Positions 34,646-47,023 of a stretch of 64,000 bases of DNA are shown here, piece after piece. Where the stretch lies: NCBI RefSeq assembly GCF_000143415.4, contig NW_003314268.1:1286672-1350671 (forward strand), written 5' to 3'. Every line of letters starts with the position of its first letter. Positions within the stretch are counted from its first letter, which is position 1. A program made the translations under genes and the position numbers. The notes below the pieces were generated by a model. It was not told the origin of the DNA and made no database searches. It was given only the letters and a program-made list of their open reading frames with translations. This DNA comes from Selaginella moellendorffii. Taxonomy: Eukaryota; Plantae; Lycopodiophyta.

Positions 34646-37084
34646 CTAAACCCCGACCTTTAAATCTAAGCTCGACATGCACTCGTGCCGCCCAATCTCC
34701 GCATACATATTGGACAGCAGCACCGTTGACCCCGCAAAACCCGGGCTAATCCCAACCGCGTTCCGTGCCGCCACGGCCCCCCGCCGCGCGTCCCCATGCA
34801 CCTTGCAGCACCCCAGCAGCGTGTTCCACGCCACCACATCCGGCTGGAACGGCATATTCCTCACCACGTCCTCTGCCCGCCCGACAAACCCCGCCCGCCC
34901 CAGCACGTCCACCATGCACTTCCAGTGGTCGGGCCACGCCGCCAGGCAGTGGTCCTCGACCATGGACACGAAGAAATGCCGCGCCTGGGCGAGCAGGCCG
35001 GCATGGCTGCACGAGTTGAGGATGCTGACGTAGGTGACGCTGTCGGGCTGGACGCCCTCGAGGTGCATGTCGCGGTAGAGGAGGATGGCATATTCGGCGT
35101 GGCCGTGGTGGGCGTATCCCGCCACCAGGGAGCTCCACGTCACCGTGTCGCGGGCTCTCATGCGGTGGAAGGCGGCGGTGGCGTCTCCCATGCTGCCGCA
35201 GCGCGCGTACATGCTAACCAGCGCGTTGCCCAGGGTGACGTTGGTCGTGGATCCCGCGAGAATCTCCGGATTCGCGGCGCATAAATCGGCGTGGATGCGC
35301 CGCCCCTCGGCGAGCTTGCCCAGGCCGGCGTGGGCACACAGGAGAATGACGGCCATGATGCAATCAGGCTTTAGAATGGAGTCCGAGATGGTGGAGGCCG
35401 AGGTGTTAGTGGAGTCCGAGCTCTTCACACTCTTTGTGTACAAACTAGAGTCCGAGCTCGCAGAGACCGAGCTCCTCAAGCCCGACTCCATGGCCCTCGA
35501 GTTCCCAGCCTTCATCTCCGAGAACAATGCGATCGCTTCCTCGTCGTATCCGTGCTGCACATAAGATCCCATCATCGCGTTCCATGACACCAAGTTCTTC
35601 CTCTCGATCCCATCAAACACCCGCCTTGCCTCCTCCAGGCTGCCGCACCGCGTGTACATGTTGATGAGCGCATTCTGGATCTGGATCTTGAGCATGAAGC
35701 TGGAGGAAGCAACGCGAGCGTGGAGCTTTCTCGCGAGGCCGACGTCCCCGACCAGTGATCCGGCGTAGATTACGTTGAGCAGCACTACGCTGTCCGGCTG
35801 GATCGACTGCCCGACCATCTTGTCGTAGAGCTCGAGAGCTTTGGATCCATTGCCGTGAAAGGTGTAAGCAGTGAGCATGGCCGTCCAGGACACGACATTC
35901 TTGCCTGGGATTCTTTGAAAAATCCTCTCGGCGGCCTCTAGATCTCCACACTTGGCGTAGGCAGTGACAAGCGAGTTCTCCACGCTCAAATCCGGAGGAG
36001 AGTGCACCGCGGCGAGCTCCAGCTGCGAGTGGATCCGCTTGCACGATCGCAAGCACCTAGTGCTCGAGCAGGCACTTAGAACTCCCAGAAAGCTCACGTC
36101 GTCGGGCTTGATCCCTTCCAAGTTCATGCCGTGGAAGAGGCCCATCGCCGCGCAAGATTGTGCGCTCGCAGCAAAGGCTGCGATCATGCTGTTCCACGAG
36201 ACCCTGTTGCGATCTTCCATCCTCTGGAACACCGAAAGTGCTTCTTCCGCGCTGCTACCCTTCGCATACATCGAAACGAGCGCATTCTGGATCGTGATGT
36301 CGCCGTGGAGGCCCAGGTCGATCACGGCGGCGTGGATCTTCCTGCCCCGATCAAGAAATTCCCTGCTGGAGCACGCAGTGATCGCCGCGACGAAGGTCAC
36401 CGGATTGGGCTGGACGCGAGCTTGGATCATCCCCTCGAGCGTCTCGAGCGCCTGGCGGCAATCCCCCATCTGGGCAAATGCGGTGATCATCGCAGTCCAC
36501 GACACTACATCCTTGTGCGGTATCTGATCGAACACCGCTCTGGCCTGCTCGATCGCTCCACACTTGGCATACATGTTGAGGAGCGCTGTGCCGACGAACA
36601 CGCTCTTGCGGAGATCCGGGGAGAGAATTCTCGCGTGGATGGCCATGCCCAGCGCGAGATCCTTGGCGCCGGAGCACGCAGCCAGTGTGCTCACGATCAC
36701 CATTTCGTTGGGTTCCACATCCATGCGCTGGAAGAGATTGATCGCCTCGCGGCAATGCCCCGCCTGCCCGTAGGCCGCGATGATGCAGCTCCAAGACACC
36801 ACATCTTTCTTGGGCATCTGATCGAAGACTGCGCGCGCGTCCGCGAGGCTGCTGGTGCCACCACATTTCCTGTACATCTGGATGAGGAGATTACCGAGGT
36901 GGACGCTCCGGAGGAAGTGGCCTGTGGCGAGGATGTGATCGTGGACGCGGCGGCCGTCGGCAAGCGAGCGGGAGATGCCGCAGCGGCGGAGGAGGGATGC
37001 GTAGAGGGCCGCAGATGGCGATAGCAGCTGCGAGAGCACATCTTGGATGGATGGGAGCACTCGCTTGCTGCATTCTTTGCTCAT
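34646..37084 (-). CDS. PLS-class PPR protein with (partial) E domain; probable organellar RNA-editing factor
   Basis: 812-aa intronless ORF with P-L-S triplets (NALVSMYAKCG, DVVSW) and E-domain PDVVAWNTLLGCCKVHGD..VLLSNMYA; no DYW domain. Confidence 0.95.
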   Translation of the reverse strand: MSKECSKRVLPSIQDVLSQLLSPSAALYASLLRRCGISRSLADGRRVHDHILATGHFLRSVHLGNLLIQMYRKCGGTSSLADARAVFDQMPKKDVVSWSCIIAAYGQAGHCREAINLFQRMDVEPNEMVIVSTLAACSGAKDLALGMAIHARILSPDLRKSVFVGTALLNMYAKCGAIEQARAVFDQIPHKDVVSWTAMITAFAQMGDCRQALETLEGMIQARVQPNPVTFVAAITACSSREFLDRGRKIHAAVIDLGLHGDITIQNALVSMYAKGSSAEEALSVFQRMEDRNRVSWNSMIAAFAASAQSCAAMGLFHGMNLEGIKPDDVSFLGVLSACSSTRCLRSCKRIHSQLELAAVHSPPDLSVENSLVTAYAKCGDLEAAERIFQRIPGKNVVSWTAMLTAYTFHGNGSKALELYDKMVGQSIQPDSVVLLNVIYAGSLVGDVGLARKLHARVASSSFMLKIQIQNALINMYTRCGSLEEARRVFDGIERKNLVSWNAMMGSYVQHGYDEEAIALFSEMKAGNSRAMESGLRSSVSASSDSSLYTKSVKSSDSTNTSASTISDSILKPDCIMAVILLCAHAGLGKLAEGRRIHADLCAANPEILAGSTTNVTLGNALVSMYARCGSMGDATAAFHRMRARDTVTWSSLVAGYAHHGHAEYAILLYRDMHLEGVQPDSVTYVSILNSCSHAGLLAQARHFFVSMVEDHCLAAWPDHWKCMVDVLGRAGFVGRAEDVVRNMPFQPDVVAWNTLLGCCKVHGDARRGAVAARNAVGISPGFAGSTVLLSNMYAEIGRHECMSSLDLKVGV

Positions 37085-37385
37085 AAGCCCTATAAGAATC
37101 CAAACAATGATATAGAAATAATAATTTAATTTTATTAGAAAAATATTATTTAAAATAATGTTTATTATTACAAGTGTTCAGGATATACTAATTAAGGTTT
37201 AAACCTCTCTTTATATACAAGAAGTATGGTAACAGATTCTCAAAGCAACACAAGAATTATAAAACATTTTGGAGTTCAAAGTTCAAAACTAGGAGTAGAG
37301 ATATTCTCCATAGATTCGAAAGAGTTAAGGTTTAGCCACTACTCTAGCTTGGAAATGCATTTAGTATCGAGGATGGCACAAATGG

Positions 37386-40300
37386 GCCTCCCGTTAAACA
37401 CCATCCTGATTCACTCTCTCTCCGCTTACCTGGCGATGACGTGGCATCAGCCCTCCTTTTTGTTTTATCTCCAGCGCACTCCCTCTCCCGTCCGTCGCCG
37501 CTGCACACTCCCGCCCGCGGCTATCGCCCGCCCGCGGCTCCCGCCCGCCCGCTCGCCCTCACGGCTCCCGCCCGCACTCCCACCCGCCCCCGCACGTCCG
37601 CCCGCGCCCAGCGTGCGCCCTAAAATTACTTCCACGTGGCCACAGCCCCAACACTTAGCCAAATTTCAATCAGCGCGCCCTGGTCCACCCATTCACGCCG
37701 GATGGTTGCCCCATAATTGACCTAAAAACGTTTCTGTTTCTTTTATGATCAGGCATGGCAGCAGCACATCAATTTCCAGAGGTAAGCAATCAATTCAATT
37801 TCATATTGATTCAAGAAAATCATTTAGGATCCCCCATGGCTTGATGAGGTGCAAGAATTCCATGAAAAGGATTATTTTTGTGCAGATGATTTAGATTGGA
37901 ATTTGTCTAAATCAAATGAAACTATAGCTCCTATTGTGTATATATTACATAAGGATGTGAACAAGTTTCTAGATGGTGAGAGGAGAAGGGGTGACGGAGT
38001 GGATTTTTGGCGATTTTCTAATAAAAATCGTGATCCTGGAGATTTGAAACGACCCAAAAACACAAGCTTTTTATCATTAATCAGGTATATCTTTTTAACA
38101 AAATATAATTACTAACTTCATGATACAGGTATTGGTGTGAATATGGAAAACAAGATGCTCGTGAAACATCCTCTATTATGGTTGCTGAATCTACACCAAA
38201 GTCAGGATTTGGAAGTAGACCAGGTCGAAGTTCTAATAAGCGAGGCTGCCTTTGCAATTTTTTGGTTAAACAGTTTTACAAATGGCCTGATTATGTGCAG
38301 ATTACATATTATCATAGAGAACATTGTGATAAGAATGGGATTCCTTGTCATGGTCAACTTGATCCGACTGGGGGAAAGTCATTATTTCCTCAGAAGCTTT
38401 CAGCAGATATTCGACATTGGGTGATTCATATGATTCAACAGGATTTCACATCAAATCAGATTTATAATGAGCATATACAGATTGTGGAAAGGAACAAATC
38501 AGCTGGTGAACCTCCTCATCGAGATGATTTTCTAACTATGCAAGATATCAATAATTTGCATAGGAAGTATTCGCTTTCAACTTATCGATTACATGAGAAT
38601 GACGCACAGAGTGTACGTATTTGGAAGAACACAAATCCCGAGAAAGTATTTTTCTATCAGGAAGGTGATCGAGGTAAAGATTGTTTTACTATTGGGATCC
38701 AGACAACTTGGCAACTACAAAAGATGGTGGACTTTTCAAATAATAATTTATTGAGTCTTGACGCAACTTTTGGAACTAATCGCTACAAGGTAATATTTTC
38801 ATTCAGTTTTAAGTGATCAATACTTAATAATTTACAGTTCCCATTATACACCATGCTTGCTTTTGATTATCATGGAAATGGTATTCCAATTGCATGGGTT
38901 TTAACTTCCAGTGAGAAAGGAGAACATATGAAGAATTGGATGATAGCTCTTAAAAAACGAGTTTTAGAACACATGCCAAATTGGAAACCACGGGAAATAA
39001 TGATTGATGATGCTGAAGCAGAGATTAATGCTATAAGGTAATTAATTTGATATGAAATAATTTAATTGTTTTCTTCTATATAGAGCTACATTTAATTGTC
39101 AAATTCTATTATGTATTTGGCATGTAAGGAGGAATTGGCTCAAACATATTATTCGTAAGGTGAAATCTTGGGATATTAGGATGGAAATATGGAAACGTCT
39201 CGGAGATATTATGTATCATTCAATTCATGCAGCTTTTCATGATGATAATATTATGCAAGCTGAGATTAAACAACTTATTGAACATTTTGAGGTGGATTTT
39301 CAAAATGAAGTAGCCTTTATCAAGTATTTTCAAGACGAATGGAAGGACAAAGTTGGTAAGTGAATCAATAATTTAATTTTTATAATTTATTTTAATTTAT
39401 ATTTGATAGATATGTGGGTTGTTGCTGCTCGAAATTTCCCTCATGCTAACAAGGAGACAAATAGTTCGATTGAGGCATTCCATGCAAATATGAAAGCTAT
39501 ACTCTCGTTCGAAAAAAAACATGGTCGCAATCGAAGGATGGATTGGGCAATTCATCAACTTACTACTAAGGTTCATGCGAGGTACTGGTTTACTACTTAT
39601 TGCAAAGATCATGGTTTTATCCGAAACCATGCATATGAAAAGCTAATCGATGGTGCGATTGTTAAAGCAAGAAATATTAACGATTCTCAAGTAAAATTCG
39701 ATAAGGACAATACTCACAAATCCTATGTACAATCCTCTTCAGATCCAACTATATGGTATCTTGTTGTCGGAGGTGAAGGACACAGTGATTGGGCTTTTTC
39801 GACTTGGTGTAATTGTCCGTGGGCAACCAAAGGAAACTTTTGCAAGCATCAAGCAAAAGTTATTATGTTAAAACAAGGAGAAAAAACCGATTGGACTACA
39901 ACTAGTTATGAGGTTCAACCATCACAATCGCATGCAATTATAGAACCTGGGCCAGATGATTTATTTTATCGTCATCAAGATTTTGAAGCACTTGACTTGG
40001 AAGCTATGACAGAGGTAATTCACTTATTAATTAAAATTTTGAAATACTTATAAAAAATTAAGCAGGAAAACATCCATCAAGATGTTTATCATGAGCAAGA
40101 AATTCAGTTGGAGACTACATTAGAGGTAAACTAACATATTTTATAAATGCTAATATATATGAATATTGAGCAGGAAGATATCCATCAAAATATACAGCAT
40201 CAACAAGAAATTCAGCTAAGGACTACTATAGAGGTAATTTACACTAAATAAATTTTAAATATTGATATGAACTTTAAGCAGGAAGATATCACTCCATCAA

Positions 40301-41070
40301 AAGTTACAAAAACGACATTACAACAAAAGATGATGGATATCTTACAAGATCTTCCTGATGAAGAAGCTTTTTTATCTATGGTTGACAACGATTTAAAAAT
40401 GATACAGCAGAAGGTTGCAACTTTTAAAGCCAGGCCAGACGATCTTATTCATCCTGCAACAGAATTTCAACAGCGTGTTGATAGTTATGGTACATCCTTG
40501 AAGCGAGCAAAACCTTTGGTGGAAAGAATTACAGGTAAAAGAAAAGCTTCTAGTAGTCCAGAAGCAACTCCTTTTACTAGGTAGAGGAAGACAAGAAAGA
40601 AAAGCTCTTTAAACGAAAAACTCAATCTTAGCAAAGAATAAATAAAAAAAACAAACTCTTTATATACTTACATTGCAATATATTTAAATTAGCGAAAAGA
40701 TTTCATAAGTTTACCACTCCTAATGGTCATCCATGACACTCATTGGCCACGTAAAGCACGTAGATAGGCGTCCACGCGCGCGCTGATTGAAATTTGGCTA
40801 AGTGTTGGGGCTGTGGCCACGTGGAAGTAATTTTAGGGCGCACGCTGGGCGCGGGCGGACGTGCGGGGGCGGGTGGGAGTGCGGGCGGGAGCCGTGAGGG
40901 CGAGCGGGCGGGCGGGAGCCGCGGGCGGGCGATAGCCGCGGGCGGGAGTGTGCAGCGGCGACGGACGGGAGAGGGAGTGCGCTGGAGATAAAACAAAAAG
41001 GAGGGCTGATGCCACGTCATCGCCAGGTAAGCGGAGAGAGAGTGAATCAGGATGGTGTTTAACGGGAGGC
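37386..41070 (+). mobile_element. Autonomous-looking Mutator (MULE) DNA transposon with 293-bp GC-rich TIRs and 9-bp TSD CACAAATGG
   Basis: TIRs at 37386-37678 and 40778-41070 read as reverse complements; TSD at 37377-37385 and 41071-41079; encloses a transposase gene. Confidence 0.95.
37755..40584 (+). CDS. MULE (MuDRA-type) DDE transposase with SWIM zinc finger, multi-exon
   Basis: LSLDATFGTNRYK|FPLYT, IMIDDAEAE, LLCIWHVRRNW, ETNSSIEAFH and SWIM WCNCP..GNFCKH; ~45-55-nt AT-rich GT-AG introns. Confidence 0.9.
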
Positions 41071-41675
41071 CACAAATGGGGTATGCAAGTTTAGTGGGAT
41101 GTGACAAGAGCTAAAGTTGGCATGCTGATTTGGGAGGTGATGGCCACGGGTGTTTAGATATTTAGAAAGTGACAAGAGTGAAAGCACATTGGGAAATATA
41201 TAATCATTATCATTTTAACAGACAATAAGTGAGGATATATATGGGAAACTTACTCTTGCAGCAATGTGCCTCCATTATACCATCTTAAAAAAATAGGCAA
41301 AACCCAGTCAACTAGAGGGGTGGAGGAACAGATGGCTCTTGTATTTTAGGAGAGTGTACAACAATAAGATTTGCTGGTAGTGGTGCCTCTTTGACTCAAT
41401 TTTACATTTGGCTTGGGGTGGAGATTTGGATATCAACATAATTTGAAAGAAATGACCATGATTACTTCTACTTCAAGATTAAGATCGGTTGAGATGCAAA
41501 ACAATCACATAGAGTAGCTTGTTAAGAGGATGGCACATCTAGTTTTTATATTAGTCCCATTCGAATATAAGGAATATACATACATGTTTATTAATTCAGA
41601 CCACTCATGCTTGTATATAAACTAGAGTTTTTGGGCTAATAGGATATATACATTTCTAAATGTCATGCACGCATA

Positions 41676-41679
<4 letters not shown>

Positions 41680-41727
<48 letters not shown>
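41680..41727. repeat. (TA)n microsatellite
   Basis: Direct reading. Confidence 0.9.
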
Positions 41728-42209
41728 AGCAATCAAAAGATTTTATTATGGAAAATGCTTTAATACTTTATTATCATTTAATTATATATACAAATCCATC
41801 ATCTTCCATAGATAGTATTGTTGATTTATGTCTACATCTTTATAATCTTTTATTACTAATTTTTTGTCTCTAAAAGTCAAAATCAATATCTTTGTTAGTG
41901 GTCAGACTTTCCCTTAAAACATGCATTCTCTTCCATGTTAACACTAAATTACAATTTTTCTGAAGAGTTAATTCATAATATCCATTTGGAGAAACTAGTG
42001 AATTCAACATGAGTAAATAGGAACCTATCTCAAATTTTTCACCACTCATAAGTGTAGACCTGTAAATCCAACAATTATTAACAGCTGTATTTATAAGTTT
42101 TATTATAATTCACAGCAATACTCATAGGGTTATATCTTCTAGCATTTAGTAGTTTGTATTTTATACCAACATAATCCAAAGTAGCAGCTATAAGACCATA
42201 ATTTCCCAC

Positions 42210-42309
42210 NNNNNNNNNNNNNNNNNNNNNNNNNNNNNNNNNNNNNNNNNNNNNNNNNNNNNNNNNNNNNNNNNNNNNNNNNNNNNNNNNNNNNNNNNNN
42301 NNNNNNNNN
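42210..42309. other. Assembly gap (100 N)
   Basis: Run of n; 100 is usually a placeholder for a gap of unknown size. Confidence 1.
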
Positions 42310-43954
42310 CTGATGCCCCTGTCCCTGTTCATCTCCATGCCATACTACACATCCCATTAAGATTTTTACTATATATCCATATGGTAATTTCAATAACTTT
42401 ATTTGATAAAGAAAGAGTTTCAGTCCAAGTAGTATTTATATGTTTCTTCAATTTTAGTATCCATCATATCCACTAAAAGCTTTCCAATTTCATTAATATG
42501 ACTTCTAGTAATAAAACCATAAAGTGTAAGAGCATCCCAATTTACATCTGCTTGAACAGTCAGATCTGCTAACCTGAGAATCAGTATTAGAACAATAGCT
42601 AGCTTCATGTTAAATTCACAGAAATGTCCAAATAAAACAATTACCAGCTATTTTGTATCCATCACAAATAATTAAATTTACTAAAATCACTATTACAAGC
42701 TTGTGAATCATTAGCTTCATATAGTGTATCGTGTGTCTTGCTGCTAATAAAACAATTTTCATAGGGAAGTTTTAGTTTCTTCTTCCTTTGCTCATCAACT
42801 GTGTCCTTTATAGCTGTCATTGGAGTGATTTAAGAAGGATGACGAGCTCCCACCCGCACTCACAAATTTAACAAATGCCTCACGATCAGTGACCTTGATC
42901 ACCTCAGAGCTGATGCCTGATGAAGAATTGCAGCTCAGCATTGCATCTTCACTGGGGCTAGAAGAATAGCTTGCCTTGCAGTTGTTCCTGGCGACCGAAA
43001 CATTCCTTAAGACCATGTTCATGGCTCAAGGAGGCGGCATGAGCACCCTTGCAGCTGACTCTAGTCTCTGGAGAAAACCAAAGACAACCCAAAGCAAAAG
43101 AGAATGTTGTGGATTTTTCACTGAAAAGATTACCTCCCTATGCTGTGGAGCAACATTTGTGTCTCTTGAGGTATCATCCCTGTCATCTCCTGGCCTAAAA
43201 GAATGAAATGAAGTGCTACTATAAACTTGAAAGCATGGAAAAAATACCTTCTGTCTGTCCACTCATCATGTATGTATGCTTGTATAAAAGCTTTTGAATT
43301 TGCACATGCCCACCACAGATCATAGGACATCAATACACTTCCAAGATTAATATCAAGGGTATCCACGTGCAAAATGAAAGGTCGAGTGTAATTAAAATAT
43401 ACCAAAACCAGAGGAGTCGTCAATAGCTTCTTGAGATCTATAAATGCCCACTCATAGTTTACAGACCAGATGAAAGATGACATTGATGACTTCAACAATG
43501 CTCACAATGGTGCAGTGTGATTAGAAAGATGATCCACAAAATGACAAAGATATTGCACTTTGCTCAAGAAGCACTGCACATTATTCACACACTTTAGAGT
43601 AGGAAACTTAAGAATAGCCACAAGTTTGTTAAGATCAACTTGTAAACCCTTATTAAAAATATGGTACCAAGATAAGTTGTGTCCTTGGACCCAAACACAC
43701 ACTTTGACCGTTTCAGCTTTAAACCAACTTCTTGTAGCCAATTTAACACTTTATGAACATTATGGATGTGTTCTTCCCACATCTCTTCCAAGTGGATCAA
43801 GTTATCATCAATGAAGTCAGTAGTCACCTCTAGCATATCACTGTAAGCCACAAATTTTTCCTTTCCAATTTGCCAGCTTACCTCGCCTATCCGACCAACT
43901 CTGCCTTGGCTTGTGCTAAGTTCCCTCGCCAAGGTTCTCGCCTATGGTACTAGC

Positions 43955-44627
43955 TGTAGCGCACCTTATCTCTCTCCCCTTAAGCCAACTGGAAAAGGGG
44001 CAATTGCTTGATGAGAGAGCCCTTAGTGGCTATTTTATCCCCATTTATCTCCCAAGGTTCCAAGGATCCACGGTGACAGTATATCCAAATCTCATCCCAT
44101 GATCACATGCGCTACACTCACCCCCCCTTCAGAGATGTCAATGTCCTCATTGACTATTGACTAATAACCCCTACTGAGCCAAGGGGAACCAGCACCTCCA
44201 TTTCCGCACTCAATCTACCAATCCTTCCATTGTGTAGACCAGCTATTCCATGTGAGGCAACTAATCATCCACCCGTACCGCAGTCCCACGGTGGATACCT
44301 TCGTCCGTGGATACTCCACACAAGAGGAAGGACGTACGCATGGATGCCCAATACGTACGATTTCAAATTTAGGGATAGGAATATACCTTGCTCAAGGGTA
44401 TATTATACTTTAAGTAGCCACTAATCAATGGGAATCGAACCCGTGCCATTTGCTCCGATACCAACTGTAGCGCACCTTATCTCTCTCCCCTTAAGCCAAC
44501 TGGAAAAGGGGCAATTGCTTGATGAGAGAGCCCTTAGTGGCTATTTTATCCCCATTTATCTCCCAAGGTTCCAAGGATCCACGGTGACAGTATATCCAAA
44601 TCTCATCCCATGATCACATGCGCTACA
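43955..44627 (-). mobile_element. Intact TRIM (673 bp): identical 162-bp LTRs, tRNA-Met PBS, PPT, TSD CTAGC
   Basis: LTRs at 43955-44116 and 44466-44627 (TGTAGCGCA..TGCGCTACA); PBS TGGTATCGGAGC on minus at 44452-44463; PPT at 44117-44130; TSD at 43950-43954 and 44628-44632. Confidence 0.97.
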
Positions 44628-45324
44628 CTAGCTCCTACTTGGTTTCAGCTACTTACTGCACGAGCAACGGAGTGTTAGCCATCCATCTACGGATTCCCAA
44701 ATCTCTCCCAATCCCCCTCCCCGGGTTAGACTGGACTTAAGGTTCGGCTACACTCCCCGCAGGCACAAGTAGCCAAGCACACCAAGCCTCCAGATTCCTA
44801 ACACCCCTTGGTACCACAAGACTTGATCATGGGACCCTCTAAATCCCAAGCCTTGGGTGCAACACTTGCTTCGGGACGTCGGGGCGAAACACCGTGGCCT
44901 AACGGCCCGGTATGGGTACCTCTACCCCCCCTCTTCCATCCCGAAGGGAAGGCCCAGGCCCCCGGAAGGGCAAGGACCAATGAGCCACAAGGTACTCAAG
45001 TGGGGCACCACTCCACCTGAGCCGGGAGCACCGCAGTCGGTTTCCCTTTCGGGAGTGGGAGCTGCTCTTGAGCACTTCCTTGGATGGCCCCTCCGGCACC
45101 AGCTAAGTCCATGCTCACTCCCACCCAAGGCCCCTCGGTCCCAGTCTCAACCTCAGGTCGGTTTGGAAGCCCAACTGGAGAGTCCCTTCAAAACTGGTTC
45201 CTGGACCTCACTATCCCTACTATACTTTTGGAACCCCCTGCAGCCCCCCCCCCCCCTGGGAGACGCACGCTTTGGGCTTTCACCCCTTGACCCGTATTAG
45301 TATTTGGACTTAGTCTCTGGCTTG

Positions 45325-45590
45325 AACTCGGACCCGATTTCGGATCCGACTTCGGATTCGGTCTCGGACTCGATTTCGGACTCGATCTAAGACCCGATCT
45401 CGGACCCGACCTCGGACTCGACCTCGGACTCGGTCTCGGACCCGATTTCGGATCTCGGACTCCGTCTCGAACTCGGTCTCGAACTCAGACTCGAACTCAG
45501 TCCCCGAGTCGGTCTCGGACTCGATTCCGGACTCTATCTCGAACTCGGTCCTAGAGTCGGTCTTGGACTCGATCCTCGACTTGGTCCCAT
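45325..45590. repeat. Degenerate 6/12-bp tandem array (ctcgga/ctcgat)
   Basis: Direct reading. Confidence 0.85.
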
Positions 45591-47023
45591 CCGATGAACT
45601 CTTTGTCATTTCGGTCAAGCTTTTGGGGATCCTTTAGCCTACGACATCTCGGGGAGTCGGTTCCTTACAATCACAAAGAACTTTATCCATCATTCACTGG
45701 AAAGTTGCTGGAGCATTGTTCAAACCAAATGGCATCATAAAAAATTCATACAAACCAAACGATGTATGAAAAACAGTCTTAAGAATATCTTCTTCAGCCA
45801 TTGAAACTTACTAATACCCAAAAGCAAGATTTAGTTTAGTGAACCAATGACTTCTCCCTAAATGATTTAAGAGATCAACAATATGAGGAAAAGAGTATAT
45901 ATTTGAGATTGTCACTTCGTTTAACAGATAATAGTTGATGTAAAAATGAATACTCCCATTAGGCTTTATCACAAGATGAGGTTTATATGCTCAAGGACTT
46001 TGCGATTTTCGAATAACACTCTTCTCTAACATTTCTTTGATATTTACACATAAAATTTTGATCTCTTTGGGTGATCGACAACAAATAGGAACCTTGATTG
46101 GATGAACATCCTCAATTGGAATCAAATGATGTGTGGCAATCTTGGCCCCAAATGATAGGTCAAATTCAAAGAGATTGGCATATTCCTTCATGAGCCAGTC
46201 AACCACTACAACACAAAGACTATCAAAGGGATCGAAAAGGGGAAGAGCGGAACAAAATAAAAACACAAAAGGAAGTAATGGGGAAACAAAAGTAATGAAA
46301 ACAAAAGTAGAAGTAAAGTGACAAAAAGGTATGGAAGTGAGAGGAATGAATGAAATATAAAGAAGTATGAGATAAAGGGGAGAAGCTTCAAAGTCATATA
46401 TAGCATAATTGTACTACAATTAATACATACTAAGAATAAAGTCAAAAGCTTGACTCAGTACCACCAGTAATGATTGCAACTCAAGCTCAAAATCTCCTAT
46501 ATGCACCATTAGGTCCGTGTGTAAACTCTTGAATTTGGACTTCCCAGGAGGTCATCCAGCCCAGTACTATTCAAACCTAAGGACGTTTAACCCCAACTAT
46601 CCCAAGACCCTTAACCAATTGGAAAAGAGGGTGCACTCTTGTTCATGGGCCCTTTCCCTTTATATTTGAACCCCTATGAATCGTCTTTCGAGTCATTCCT
46701 TTTGGTTGTTTACAATCCACCACGCTTCCCTGCAAGTTCACGTCCTCGTGAACGGAAGCTGAGAGCCGCAGCTCTCCCGAGAGCCCCGCTCTCTTGACAC
46801 CCTACCCCTTAGGTCGAGCCTAGTGGGAGTAAAGTGGACCAGCTAAGAGCCGTAGCTCTCCCAAGAGCCCTGCTCTTTTGACACCCTACACCTCGGGTTG
46901 AGCCCAGTGGGAGCAAATTGGACCAGCCAGATGTCAATCAACATATGGTGTGATTTCCTTAGCCAACCAACAGAGTCGGATTCGAGACCGCTCTGATACC
47001 AAATATAAGCTCATGAATTTGGA

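Larger units (their letters stand above)
43870..45620 (-). mobile_element. LTR fragment (TGAAAGCCCAAAG family; LTR starts at 45282 on minus) with adjacent tandem-repeat tract, inserted in the Gypsy RT
   Basis: 45210-45282 is the reverse complement of 58679-58750; purine tract precedes it on minus; it splits the RT reading. Boundaries approximate. Confidence 0.6.

Noticed and set aside
37226-37720. Pro/Arg-rich ORFs, mirrored at 40727-41107
   Set aside because: They are the GC-rich MULE TIRs.
42790-43200. UIM-like DEELQLSIASSL segment
   Set aside because: Short, followed by a stop, next to a decayed Gypsy element; insufficient support.
44425-44450. tRNA gene
   Set aside because: B-box-like motif only; no cloverleaf or clear A box.
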